Assembly (NCBI GenBank): GCA_963796275.1
Contig: CAWCKY010000007.1
Coordinates: 352,001-416,000, forward strand
Length of the DNA: 64,000 nt
Direction: 5' to 3'
From: an uncultured Acidobacteriota bacterium
GTDB lineage: Bacteria; Acidobacteriota; Blastocatellia; RBC074
The notes beneath the pieces were generated by a model, which was given only the letters and a program-made list of their open reading frames with translations, searched no databases and had not been told where the DNA came from. Positions within the stretch are counted from its first letter, which is position 1. Each line of letters starts with the position of its first letter. Below, piece by piece: positions 19,620 through 31,700 of the stretch. The translations under genes were made by a program, and so were the position numbers.

Positions 19620-20474
19620 ATGACACCAGAAGTCAGTGCATCAACGGCGGCGCCACACGCGCCGTATTCGACCCTGATCAGGGCGTTCAAGAAGTTCTTC
19701 AGTTTCGAGAATCGTTATCTAGCGCCGGCGCTGGTGACGGTAATCCTGCTCATAGGTCAACTCACCTTCGGATTTCTGGAGAGCTATTGGAAGACTGCGC
19801 TCGCGATCGCTACGGCGATTGGGCTCGAATTTCTACTGGGCCGCCTCTTCTGGGGCAAGTGGCCTCATCCGGCGAGCGCTTACATCTCCGGCATCAGCGT
19901 CGGGATGCTGGTGCGGTCGCCCGCGATCTGGCCTTATGCGCTGTGCAGTTTGATATCGATCACCTCGAAATATGTCCTGCGCGTAAAGGACCGTCACATC
20001 TGGAATCCATCGAATTTCGGCATTTGCGCCATGTTGTTCCTGGCCCCTTTCAGCGTGGCGGGTCTGAGCATTCAGTGGGGCAACGAGCTCTGGCCAATGG
20101 CGGTTGTCTGGGCGCTGGGATCCGTCATCATCTATCGTCTCAAACGATTTCACATCTGCGCGACTTACGTCATCTCGTTTATCGCCCTTGCGTATGTGCG
20201 CAGTATATTTACGGGCCACCCGTTCCTGGCGGAAGTAGCGCCGATCACCGGCCCGATGTATCAGCTCTTCGTTTTCTTTATGATCACCGATCCGAAGACG
20301 ACGGTGCAGAGCAAATGGGGGCAATGTGTGGTGGCATTCTGCGTCGCGCTTGCTGAAATGGTCCTGCGGCTGAATCAGAGTGTACACGCGCCCTACTACG
20401 CGCTCTTCATAGTCGGGCCGGCGGCGAACCTGATCGAGATAATGTGGAAATCGCGCAAGAATCGCGCGCGGTGA
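19620..20474 (+). CDS. RnfD/NqrB-like (UnbU-like) integral membrane protein
   Basis: SKYVLR...HIWNPSNFG and FFMITDPKT motifs; polytopic membrane protein. Confidence 0.75.
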   Translation: MTPEVSASTAAPHAPYSTLIRAFKKFFSFENRYLAPALVTVILLIGQLTFGFLESYWKTALAIATAIGLEFLLGRLFWGKWPHPASAYISGISVGMLVRSPAIWPYALCSLISITSKYVLRVKDRHIWNPSNFGICAMLFLAPFSVAGLSIQWGNELWPMAVVWALGSVIIYRLKRFHICATYVISFIALAYVRSIFTGHPFLAEVAPITGPMYQLFVFFMITDPKTTVQSKWGQCVVAFCVALAEMVLRLNQSVHAPYYALFIVGPAANLIEIMWKSRKNRAR

Positions 20475-20479
20475 GACCT

Positions 20480-20591
20480 GGAAGGCATAAAAATCAGTAC
20501 CGCTAGCAGTAGCGAGCGAGTATTCGGCCAAGCAGATATACGGTAGGAACCTCGCTCGCTACCGCTCGCGGTACTGATTTTTTATGCTTCC
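20480..20591. repeat. REP-like inverted doublet (CAGTACCGC..GTAGCGAGCGAG family), copy 1
   Basis: Arms of about 40 bp: aaatcagtaccgctagcagtagcgagcgag / ctcgctcgctaccgctcgcggtactgattt. Confidence 0.8.
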
Positions 20592-20625
20592 ATAAATCGA
20601 TCGCCGTTAAATAAGGAGAACTCGC

Positions 20626-21699
20626 ATGATCGTTACCGGAGGTGCTGGTTTCATCGGAGCCAACTTCGTGAATCGGGTGCTCGCCCATACGGATTCGAAG
20701 ATCGTCATCATCGATAAGCTCACTTACGCGGGCAACCTCGCCAACCTTGAAGAATCGCTCAAGGACCCGCGCGTCCATTTTATCCAAGCCGACATCGCCG
20801 ATTATGATGCGATCGACGCGGTCTTCCGCGAACGCCAGCCACTTGCGCTCGTTAATTTCGCCGCCGAAAGCCACGTCGACCGATCGATCGACGACCCGAG
20901 TCCGTTCATCGAGACCAATATCGTCGGTACCTTTGTGCTTCTCGAAGTCGCGCGCCGGTACTTTGCGAATTTGAAAGACGATGCGAGGCGCGCCTTCCGC
21001 TTCCTGCACGTCTCGACCGATGAGGTGTACGGCACCTTGGGCGAGGCAGGCGCGTTCTGCGAAACAACTCCTTATGCTCCGAACTCACCTTATGCGGCTT
21101 CCAAGGCTTCTGCGGATCATCTCGTGCGCGCCTATCATGAGACGTACGGCCTGCCCGCGATCGTCACCAACTGTTCGAACAATTACGGTCCTTACCAGTT
21201 CCCGGAGAAACTGATTCCTTTGATGGTCCTCAACGCGATCGAAGGCAAGCCGCTTCCCATTTACGGAGACGGCGGAAATGTGCGCGATTGGCTCTATGTC
21301 GAGGACCACTGTGCGGGCGTTCTGCTCGCATTACGAAATGGCAAGCCGGGAGAGAAGTACAACATCGGCGGCGGCAATGAACGCACGAACCTACAGATCG
21401 TCGATCTCATTTGCGGGGAGATCGAAAAGCTCTTACCTGCTGCTGATAATTCCCTCTTGAGCGGGCAGGGTAAGAGTAGTTATTTCGAGTTGAAGTCTTT
21501 CGTATCCGATCGACCCGGGCACGACCGTCGTTATGCGATCGATGCGGCGAAGATCCGCCATGATCTGGGCTGGACGCCTGCCTACGATTTTGAATCGGGA
21601 TTGGCCAGAACAATTGACTGGTACTGCAAGAATCGCGCGTGGTGTAAGAACGCGTTGACAGGCAAGTATGAACGGGAACGGCTAGGACTGAGTAATTGA
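20626..21699 (+). CDS. rfbB: dTDP-glucose 4,6-dehydratase
   Basis: TGGAGFIG, FAAESHVDRSI, HVSTDEVYG, YAASKA, DRPGHDRRYAID. Confidence 0.97.
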   Translation: MIVTGGAGFIGANFVNRVLAHTDSKIVIIDKLTYAGNLANLEESLKDPRVHFIQADIADYDAIDAVFRERQPLALVNFAAESHVDRSIDDPSPFIETNIVGTFVLLEVARRYFANLKDDARRAFRFLHVSTDEVYGTLGEAGAFCETTPYAPNSPYAASKASADHLVRAYHETYGLPAIVTNCSNNYGPYQFPEKLIPLMVLNAIEGKPLPIYGDGGNVRDWLYVEDHCAGVLLALRNGKPGEKYNIGGGNERTNLQIVDLICGEIEKLLPAADNSLLSGQGKSSYFELKSFVSDRPGHDRRYAIDAAKIRHDLGWTPAYDFESGLARTIDWYCKNRAWCKNALTGKYERERLGLSN

Positions 21700-21799
21700 T
21701 AATGGATAATTGATAATGGATAATTCGTAAATACTGTAGCAACAATTTATCCGATAAATCAATTATCAATTACCCATTATCAATTATCAATTATCAATT
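21693..21799 (+). repeat. Dispersed (TGATAAT)n-arm palindromic element, copy 3
   Basis: Core ttcgtaaatactgtagcaacaatttatccga; fills the whole rfbB-rfbA spacer. Confidence 0.85.
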
Positions 21800-22675
21800 A
21801 TGAAAGGTATTATCCTCGCGGGTGGTTCAGGCACGCGGCTCTATCCGATAACCATGGCGGTCAGCAAGCAATTGCTGCCCGTATACGACAAACCGATGAT
21901 CTATTACCCGCTCTCGACCTTGATGTTGGCGGGTATTCGCGAAATCCTGATCATCACAACCCCGCAGGATCAAGCGCAATTTAAGCGCTTGCTCGCTGAT
22001 GGCTCGCAATTCGGTCTGCGCCTCGATTATGGTGTGCAACCCAGCCCGGACGGATTGGCCCAGGCATTCATTATCGGTCGTGAGTTTGTAGGAGCCGATA
22101 ATGTAGCGCTCATACTGGGCGACAATATTTTTTACGGTCACGGATTACCTGATGATTTGCGCCGGGCGGCGGAGCGCAGCGCAGGCGCCACTGTCTTCGC
22201 CTACCAGGTTCGCGATCCCGAGCGATACGGCGTAGTCGAATTCGATGAGAACTCCCGCGCCATCAGCCTGGAGGAAAAACCGCAGAAGCCGCGATCGCAT
22301 TGGGCGGTAACGGGGCTGTATTTCTATGACAATCGGGTCATTGAGATCGCGCGCGATCTGAAACCTTCCGCCCGCGGTGAACTCGAGATCACAGATGTCA
22401 ATCGCATTTATCTAGGATGGAACGCGCTGCACGTTGAGAAGTTCGGCCGTGGCATCGCGTGGTTGGATACTGGAACGCATGAATCATTGCAGCAGGCGTC
22501 CAGTTTCATTCAAGTCCTGCAGGAGCGGCAGGGGCTGATGGCTTCCTGTCTGGAGGAGATCGCTTACAAGATGGGGTATATTACGGCGAGCGATGTCATG
22601 CGGATCGCCGAGCCGATGAAAAAGAACGAATATGGGCAATACTTGCTAAGCATGCTTGAACAGGAGGGAGAGTGA
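21800..22675 (+). CDS. rfbA: Glucose-1-phosphate thymidylyltransferase
   Basis: [43 protein letters not shown]. Confidence 0.97.
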   Translation: MKGIILAGGSGTRLYPITMAVSKQLLPVYDKPMIYYPLSTLMLAGIREILIITTPQDQAQFKRLLADGSQFGLRLDYGVQPSPDGLAQAFIIGREFVGADNVALILGDNIFYGHGLPDDLRRAAERSAGATVFAYQVRDPERYGVVEFDENSRAISLEEKPQKPRSHWAVTGLYFYDNRVIEIARDLKPSARGELEITDVNRIYLGWNALHVEKFGRGIAWLDTGTHESLQQASSFIQVLQERQGLMASCLEEIAYKMGYITASDVMRIAEPMKKNEYGQYLLSMLEQEGE

Positions 22676-23253
22676 AGTTCATTCCGACCGAATTGCCGGG
22701 CGTGATAATTGTCGAGCCGCAAGTCTACCGGGACGAACGCGGATTCTTTCTCGAAACGTATCAGAGGGAGGAGTATTGCGCGGGTGATATCAATGCGGTT
22801 TTCGTTCAGGACAATCATTCGCGATCGGTACGCGGCACGCTGCGAGGGCTGCACGCGCAGCTGCACCGCCCGCAAGGGAAATTGATCAGAGTGATAGAGG
22901 GCGAGGTCTTTGATGTGGCGGTCGACATCCGCCGCGGCTCGCCAACATTCGGTCACTGGATCGGCGTCTGGCTTTCGTCGGAGAACTTCAGACAGCTATA
23001 CGTCCCACCGGGATTCGCCCACGGGTTTTGTGTGGCGAGCGAGATCGCGCAGGTCGAATATAAATGCAGCGACTATTACGATCCGGCGAGCGAAATCAGC
23101 GTGCAATGGAACGATCCGGAGATCGGTATTCAGTGGCCGAATGATCTGGTTGCCACGCCCATACTCTCGAAGAAAGATATAGCGGCCAAACCATTGCGCG
23201 AGCTGATGGATGTATTGCCGCAATTTGATAACGAGTCGCGTAGCGGCGACTGA
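22672..23253 (+). CDS. rfbC: dTDP-4-dehydrorhamnose 3,5-epimerase
   Basis: [26 protein letters not shown]. Confidence 0.96.
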   Translation: MKFIPTELPGVIIVEPQVYRDERGFFLETYQREEYCAGDINAVFVQDNHSRSVRGTLRGLHAQLHRPQGKLIRVIEGEVFDVAVDIRRGSPTFGHWIGVWLSSENFRQLYVPPGFAHGFCVASEIAQVEYKCSDYYDPASEISVQWNDPEIGIQWPNDLVATPILSKKDIAAKPLRELMDVLPQFDNESRSGD

Positions 23254-23314
23254 TCATAGACAGGCCTTAGTGGTTTTGGCTACGCGGCTGGAATAGTAAC
23301 GGGACAAGCTCCAT

Positions 23315-23617
23315 ATGAGCGAAGCAAATAGCAGCGAGATGACAATGGATGACTGGCGTCGCAGGATTGATGCGATCGATCTGCAGTTGGTCGAACTCTT
23401 CAATGAGCGAACAAAGTGTGCCATCGAGATCGGCCACATCAAAAAACGGCTCGGGCTGGAGATATACTCGCCCGGGCGCGAAGCCCAGGTCCTCGCCAAT
23501 GTCACCGCGGCCAATGCAGGCCCGCTCGATGCGGAAGCGATCAGGCGATTGTTCGAACGTGTTATCGACGAAGCGCGGCGCATCGAGAGGATTGAAGCGG
23601 AGAAAAATGAAATATGA
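23315..23617 (+). CDS. Chorismate mutase (AroQ type)
   Basis: WRRRIDAIDLQLVELFNER, IGHIKK, PGREAQV. Confidence 0.9.
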   Translation: MSEANSSEMTMDDWRRRIDAIDLQLVELFNERTKCAIEIGHIKKRLGLEIYSPGREAQVLANVTAANAGPLDAEAIRRLFERVIDEARRIERIEAEKNEI

Positions 23618-24620
23618 TCATTGTGATGGAAGAGAATGCGACCGAAGAGCAGATCGTCAAAGTGGTGGATCGCCTGGTCAACCTCGGATTCGATATTCAT
23701 CGGTCTACTGGCGCGCGCTATACGATCCTCGGCGCAGTCGGGTCGCGCCTCGCGGATACCCTCTCACTGGAATTGCTCGAGGGCGTGAATCAAGTCGTGC
23801 GCGTGAGCTCCTCATACAAGCTCGCAGCGCGCGCCTTCAATCCGGCTGGAACATCGATCAAAGTCAATGACATCACAATCGGCGACGATCGGGTCGTCGT
23901 CATGGCCGGTCCCGGAGTCGTCGAAAGCCGGGAACAGATAGAAATAATAGCCGGTGCGCTGGCCGGGCATGGCGTGCAGGTATTGTGCGGCGGCGCGTTC
24001 AGATCGAGTGCCGATCCCTTCGGATTCCAAGGGTTGGGAGAAGAGGGCTTGCGCCTTTTGCGTGAAGTCGCAGACAACTATCACATGCTCACAGTCTCCG
24101 AGGTCACGGACGGGGCGCAGCTCAACCTCTTCACCAAATTCGTCGATCTCATCCAGGTAGGCGCACGCAACATGCAAAACTTTCCGTTGCTCAAGGAGCT
24201 GTCGAAAATCGACAAACCTGTCATCCTCACGCGCGGCGCGTCGTCGACGATCGAAGAGACGCTGATGTCGGCGGACTACCTCATGACCGGGGGCAATCAT
24301 CAAGTGATCATCTGCGAAAGCGGCATCCGGACGTTCGAAACCTACACCAGCCGCACGCTGGACGTCTCCGCCATCCCAGTCTTTAAAAAACTCTCGCACT
24401 TGCCGGTCATCGCCGACCCGTGTCGCGGCACAGGCAGGCGCGACAAGGCCCCGCCGATGGCCCGCGCAGTTGTTGCAGCGGGGGCCGACGGATTGCTCAT
24501 CGAAGTCCATCACGATCCGGAGCGCGCGCTCTGCGATGCGGCGCAATCGCTCACGCTCGAGCAGTTTCATCTTCTGGCCGGGCAGTTGCGCTTGACCGCT
24601 GCGGCGGTGGAGAGATCTCT

Positions 24621-24624
<4 letters not shown>
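23614..24624 (+). CDS. aroF: DAHP synthase I-beta homolog with N-terminal regulatory domain; active-site residues largely substituted (probable pseudoenzyme)
   Basis: Fold motifs are kept (FQGLG, QVGARNMQNF, GIRTFE, IEVH), but GPC>GPG, LRGG>LCGG, KPRTS>RSSAD, LKRG>LTRG, CERG>CESG and DPSH>DPCR. Confidence 0.85.
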
Positions 24625-25520
<896 letters not shown>

Positions 25521-25562
25521 CCTCGAACCGATACTCCAATAGAAAACGTAGGGGGACATAAG

Positions 25563-26525
25563 ATGAGTCTGCCGGAACGGTTGCCTAACTTCGCTGAATT
25601 ACCAATCAAACCAGATTATCCGCCGCATTCCGCCTGGGGCGTATTCGGCGATGATGATCAAATCGGTACCTTGAATCTGCTTACTCCTGAACGCGTGACC
25701 GCAGCCGCTCGGCTGGTGCAAACGGGAGAGGTCTTCGCCTTGAACTGGGAATTGGAAAAGCCGTATCCGCCGTTATTCAACCGGGGGACGATGGCCCACA
25801 CGATCAACCGGCGGCGCAAGAACGTATTCGATGACGTTTACGATAATTTCAACACGCAATCGTCATCGCAATGGGATGGCCTGAGGCATTACGGACACCG
25901 GCATTATGGATTTTACAACGGCGTGACCGAATCGCAGATCAGCGGCACAGGGGAACCGCGCAACGGGATCGAACATTGGGCGCGGCGTGGTATCGCAGGG
26001 CGGGGCGTCCTTATAGATTTTCAGCGGTTTGCAGCACACAGCGGGATTCCGTTTGCCCCGGGTGAGCGCTACGGTATCACCGCTGAGCAATTGCAGGCGG
26101 CGGCGGATTGGCAGGGGACTCGCTTTCAACCAGGGGATATCCTGATTATGCGCACGGGATGGATCGAATGGTACAACTCATTGAATGAAGAACAGAGAAC
26201 ACAACTCGCGCAACCCGGCGCATTGCAGGTAGGCGGTTTGGAGCAATGTGAAGATTCATTGCGTTTTCTCTGGGACAATCATTTCGCTGCGATCGCGAGT
26301 GACAATCCTCCGTTTGAAGCCGTTCCGCCCGCCGATCCGGAAGAAGGACTGATGCACGGGACGATCATCGGTTTGTGGGGGATGCCCATCGGCGAGATGT
26401 TCCAGTTGGATCCGCTGGCTGCCGCCTGCGTTGCCGATCGACGCTACGAGTTCTTTTTAACCGCCGCGCCGCTCAATAAACTCGGGGGCGTCGCCTCGCC
26501 GCCGAATGCATTGGCGATCAAATGA
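25563..26525 (+). CDS. Cyclase family protein (kynurenine formamidase-like)
   Basis: WGVFGDDDQIGTLNLL, SQWDGLRH, GIAGRGVLID, GGVASPPNALAI. Confidence 0.88.
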   Translation: MSLPERLPNFAELPIKPDYPPHSAWGVFGDDDQIGTLNLLTPERVTAAARLVQTGEVFALNWELEKPYPPLFNRGTMAHTINRRRKNVFDDVYDNFNTQSSSQWDGLRHYGHRHYGFYNGVTESQISGTGEPRNGIEHWARRGIAGRGVLIDFQRFAAHSGIPFAPGERYGITAEQLQAAADWQGTRFQPGDILIMRTGWIEWYNSLNEEQRTQLAQPGALQVGGLEQCEDSLRFLWDNHFAAIASDNPPFEAVPPADPEEGLMHGTIIGLWGMPIGEMFQLDPLAAACVADRRYEFFLTAAPLNKLGGVASPPNALAIK

Positions 26526-26629
26526 ATTGATAATTGATAATTGATAGTTCGTATACAATGAGGCAACAATTTATACGGACTATCAACTATCAGCTATTAA
26601 CTCTCAACTACCTAACTATCAACTATCAA
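26525..26629 (+). repeat. Dispersed (TGATAAT)n-arm palindromic element, copy 4; right arm interrupted by the IS tandem and resuming at about 28642-28650
   Basis: Core ttcgtatacaatgaggcaacaatttatacgga; ctatcaa repeats, then ttatcaatt after the IS. Confidence 0.8.
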
Positions 26630-26630
26630 C

Positions 26631-27614
26631 GCGCGGGGCGAGTTGGGCGCCCTCGCTTCATACGCAACGAGTCAAACCCAGTCAGAGCGCCGTGGATGTC
26701 GCAGTAAGGCAAGCCAGTTGGATCGCCGAGCAGCTGACGGCAGAGACGAGCCCCGAGATAGCTCTGGACGGCAGCTATGGCAATCTCAAATTCTTTCGTG
26801 GGATACGCGGCGTGAGAAGTTTTGCGACGGCCCGAATGCGAAATGATAGGGCGCTCTACCAAATCCCGCAGACACCCGCTGAAGGCGAACCGATGAAGCC
26901 TGGACGTCCACCCAAATATGGCCAGGAATTCCGCTTCGCTGACCCCCAGACTTGGCCGACACCGGATGAAGTCCTCGAGTTTGAAAACGCGCAATATGGG
27001 CGTGTCCGTCTGCAATTGTGGTCAACCTTACGATTCCGGACGAAAAAGAATGAGATTGTTGATATCCCCGCCGTTGTCCGCTCGCAGATTCATTTGGAGA
27101 GGGACCAGCCGCCCGCACCGCATTGGTACGGAGTACATAATGGGACGACAGAAGAGACCACTCTGGGTCGCGTCTTTGAGTGCATCACGCATCGTTGGCC
27201 GATAGAGCCCGCCAACCGATTTCGCAAAGAAAGACTCTACGCCGAGCTGCCGAAAGTGCGACAAGCCGAGGCCAGCGATCTCTGGCTTCAGCTTCTACAA
27301 GTCATCGAGTGGCAACTTTACCTCTGGCATCCGGCGGCGAATGATGCTCATCTGCCGTGGCAAAAGCCTCTTGCTCTCGAGCAATTGACGCCCGGCAGAG
27401 TGATCCGCTCGCTGAGTGAGAATTTAAAACGAGTAGGCACGCCGGTTTCGGCTGTGCTACCACGAGGAAAATCTCCAGGCTGGCCTTCAGGCCGAGTCCG
27501 GACAGCGCCAACGACCTACCTTCTTGAGTCGATGAAGCGTAAAAAGGCGCTAGAAATGTCAAAGAACGAATGAAACAAATGAAATGTTGAACGAAAGTAG
27601 CTCTTTTCAACCTG
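26631..27614 (+). mobile_element. Defective IS701-like (DDE) element, copy 1: C-terminal transposase portion plus right end, no left end
   Basis: IALDGSYG, RGRPPKYG-like GRPPKYG, HRWPIEPANRFRKERL, RGKSPGWPSG; near-identical to the copy 1022 bp downstream. Confidence 0.8.
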
Positions 27615-27623
27615 ATGGATAGT

Positions 27624-28636
27624 CAGGTTTTGGGAGTCGCTTTCGTCAAGCAGCGCGGGGCGAGTTGGGCGCCCTCGCTTCATACGCAACGAGTCAAACC
27701 CAGTCAGAGCGCCGTGGATGTCGCAGTAAGGCAAGCCAGTTGGATCGCCGAGCAGCTGACGGCAGAGACGAGCCCCGAGATAGCTCTGGACGGCAGCTAT
27801 GGCAATCTCAAATTCTTTCGTGGGATACGCGGCGTGAGAAGTTTTGCGACGGCCCGAATGCGAAATGATAGGGTGCTCTACCAAATCCCGCAGACACCCG
27901 CTGAAGGCGAACCGATGAAGCCTGGACGTCCACCCAAATATGGCCAGGAATTCCGCTTCGCTGACCCCCAGACTTGGCCGACACCGGATGAAGTCCTCGA
28001 GTTTGAAAACGCGCAATATGGGCGTGTCCGTCTGCAATTGTGGTCAACCTTACGATTCCGGACGAAAAAGAATGAGATTGTTGATATCCCCGCCGTTGTC
28101 CGCTCGCAGATTCATTTGGAGAGGGACCAGCCGCCCGCACCGCATTGGTACGGAGTACATAATGGGACGACAGAAGAGACCACTCTGGGTCGCGTCTTTG
28201 AGTGCATCACGCATCGTTGGCCGATAGAGCCCGCCAACCGATTTCGCAAAGAAAGACTCTACGCCGAGCTGCCGAAAGTGCGACAAGCCGAGGCCAGCGA
28301 TCTCTGGCTTCAGCTTCTACAAGTCATCGAGTGGCAACTTTACCTCTGGCATCCGGCGGCGAATGATGCTCATCTGCCGTGGCAAAAGCCTCTTGCTCTC
28401 GAGCAATTGACGCCCGGCAGAGTGATCCGCTCGCTGAGTGAGAATTTAAAACGAGTAGGCACGCCGGTTTCGGCTGTGCTACCACGAGGAAAATCTCCAG
28501 GCTGGCCTTCAGGCCGAGTCCGGACAGCGCCAACGACCTACCTTCTTGAGTCGATGAAGCGTAAAAAGGCGCTAGAAATGTCAAAGAACGAATGAAACAA
28601 ATGAAATGTTGAACGAAAGTAGCTCTTTTCAACCTG
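27624..28636 (+). mobile_element. Defective IS701-like element, copy 2, with imperfect terminal IRs (CAGGTT...AACCTG) and an N-terminally deleted transposase
   Basis: Left end tcaggttttgggagtcgctttcgtcaa resembles the reverse complement of the right end (tcaggttgaaaagagctactttcgttcaa); one substitution seen versus copy 1 (26852 C / 27874 T). Confidence 0.8.
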
Positions 28637-28779
28637 ATGGATTATCAATTTGGTCTTTTTCGGAAGAATGTTGTATTCTTGGCCGAACTCAATATTCAAT
28701 CTGCAATCAAAGTAATAGATGAAGTGAGCGCTACTTCAATGGCGCATGCCAGTCTGGCAAAACCAATATTCACTTCCTG

Positions 28780-31700
28780 ATGACTGTGTTGTCTGCACTG
28801 CAAGGTAAGAGGAAAATGATGCTCGACCAAGTCTTCACAATCTTGCGGAATCGGAAGCGATGTATTCGCTGCGGCAAAATTGCTTTCGCGCTGCTCGTCT
28901 GCATCGTTGCGATGAGCATTGCCGGTTATAACCGGGCCATCGGTATAACCGAAGAGAACCGGGTGCAATCCAACCCAAAGGCGATATTTCAACAATATTG
29001 CCTGATGTGTCATAGCAACTCTGCGTCCAAGGCGGGAATCAACCTCGAACAAATGACCGCGCAGTTTTCAATCGCCGAAAATTTTCAACATTGGGAGAAG
29101 GTTGCGGCGGCCATTGAGCAGAAGCTCATGCCGCCCAAGGCTATGCCTCAGCCGACCGATGAGGAACGCGGTCAGGCTATAGCGTGGATCCAGACGGAGC
29201 TGAGTACTTACGCGAATAAACACGACGGCGATCCCGGACAGGTCACCATCCGGCGGCTGACCAGCGGCGAGTACGCATACACGATCAAAGATTTGACCGG
29301 CCTTGATCTGAAACTCGGGATCGACTCCACGAGCGATTCAGCAGGCGGAGAGGGGTTTACCAATTTCGGTGACGTCCAATTCATGCAGGATGCCAATCTC
29401 GAGCGTTACCTCGAGGCGGCCAAGGTCATCGCAGATCACGCCGTTATCGGATCCGGGCCCCTCGAATTTTTTTCGCATCCGGGCAAGACCGGCTTCGAAC
29501 TTTCGGCGATCGCGCGCATCCGAGATATTTATACCGCCAACGGCTTACGAACAGTCTCAGCCGAAGGCGGCAGGCCGTTCGGATTGGAGAAGTATGGGAA
29601 GGCTTTGTACGTCGCCTGGCGATATAGGCACCGCGCAGCGCTGGGTGAGGCCAATATAACTTTGAAGGATTTGGCTGATGGCGAGGGCATTACTGCGCGC
29701 TTCGCCCAGCACATATGGCAGGTGGTGAATAAATCTGCGCCAGGTTATCCCGCATCAGAAGTGGTTTCGCGGTGGCGAAAGTTGCCGGCTCCCGTTGCCG
29801 GAAAAGACGATGCCGGCAAAGAAACGGAAATCGCTGCGGTGCGTTCCGGATGCGACGATATACAGAAATATCTGATCACCTGGCCGAGCTGGCTGTTCGC
29901 GCGGGGCGACCTGGCAGCTGGCGGCGCGGGTGACGAGAGCCCGCTCGAATTCAGCGACCGTACGCTCAAAGTCAAGCCCATTCATCGCTTCGCCTACGTC
30001 AGAGGCGGCGGCCGTGGTCCGGTCCAGCCGGGCCCCGCGAAAATTTATTTGAATGTCGCTCCAGTCAATCCCGCGATGGGTGAGAAGCCCGTTGTCATCT
30101 GGCGGAACCTCACCATCGGTTTCCGCCCTCTTAAGCCGCGCGTGCAAGTGAAGGCCGGGGAATCTGCAGTGGTCCTGGCAGAAGATGCGCAAGCTTTGGC
30201 CAACCTGCGGCGCGGAATTCTCCCGCCCGGGCAGAGACAAGCCCTGAGGGCGGTGGTGAATGAAGAGACCGCCAGGGTACTCAAGTTCGGGAAGAGCCCG
30301 GACGGCACTTCTATCGGCCCAGACGATTTTGCGACGGAAGGGTCGTTAATGTTCGAGGTGCCGATGCCTGAAGGGCCGGGCCGATTTAGCTTGAACCTGC
30401 AGGTCAACGCTGAGCTTGGCGGAAATCGTAATCAGGTCGTCCGCATAGTGATCTCTGACCGAGCAGATGGGATGACCAGGGGACAGCCAACGCGCGCGCT
30501 CCTGGGAGACATGAAGAGCCCGGCCTATCGAGCCTTCAAGGCCGGTGTGATGGAATTCGCCTCGCTCCTGCCGCCGAATTCGCACGGTGAACCCGCGCCG
30601 GCGGATAAGGATCCGGTCCCAGATCCGTTCGACAATACTTACAATGTTCCCGAACACGACGAGTTCATTCAAAAAGTTAAATATCATCGGGACGACCGAT
30701 TTCTGGTAGAGAACCTGATCGATGAGACCACTCGTAAGCGGCTCGATCACGCCTGGAATGATCTTTATGCTTCATTCGAATACCACGATAATTACCTGCG
30801 GCTGCTCGGAAAACATTTCGCATATGACCTGAAGGAGCGGGGAATCGCGGACATGGACAAATCTCGGATCGATGCTTTGCCCGCCGAGATGAGAAAGTAT
30901 GTGCGTCCTTTACGCGCCCATTACGACGCAGTGCTCGCCGCGCAGAAAGCTGCCCGGCCGGAGCATGTTTTGGACTGCCTGGAGTTTGCGGCTCAGGCAT
31001 GGCGCCATCCTCTGACTGAAAACGAGAAGGTGAGCCTGAGGTCGTTTTATGAGAAAACAATCACAGCTGATCCCGATCATCCGAAAGCGATCCGGGCGCT
31101 GTTGGCCCGAATAATGATCGCGCCTCAATTCCTTTATCGCGTCGAACAGGGGGCGGGAGCATCTCACGCCATACCGGCATCGACCAGGGTGGAGGAGGAA
31201 AAGACAGTCAGAGCGCTCTCGGATTGGGAGGTGGCCGGCCGCCTAAGTTATTTTCTCTGGTCTTCCATCCCCGATGCCGAACTGAGGCGCGCGGCTGGAG
31301 CTGGGGAGTTGAGCACAACTGATGGGATCAAGGCACAGGTGCAGCGGATGCTGGCCGACCCGAAGGCGCGGCGGATGGCGACGGAATTTTTCGGCCAGTG
31401 GCTCGGCTTCTATCATTTTGACGACTATAAGGGCGTCGACACGAGCCGCTTTCCCGAGTTCACGGATGCGGTGAAAGATGCCATGTATGACGAGGCGGTC
31501 TCGTTCTTCGAGCACGTGATCCGCAAAGGCCGACCGATCAGCGAGATTCTTTTCGCCGACTACACCTTCCTGAACAAAGACCTGGCCAGATTTTATGGAG
31601 TGAAGAAGGAGCTCGGTGAAAATGCGGAACTGGTAGAGGGAGCGGGAACTTTTCACAGGGGCGGCCTGTTGCGCCTGGGGGCTGTCTTGACGGCTACATC

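Noticed and set aside
14253-20474. Enediyne biosynthetic cluster suggested by UnbV/UnbU-like genes
   Set aside because: No iterative PKS, thioesterase or other enediyne core genes in the window
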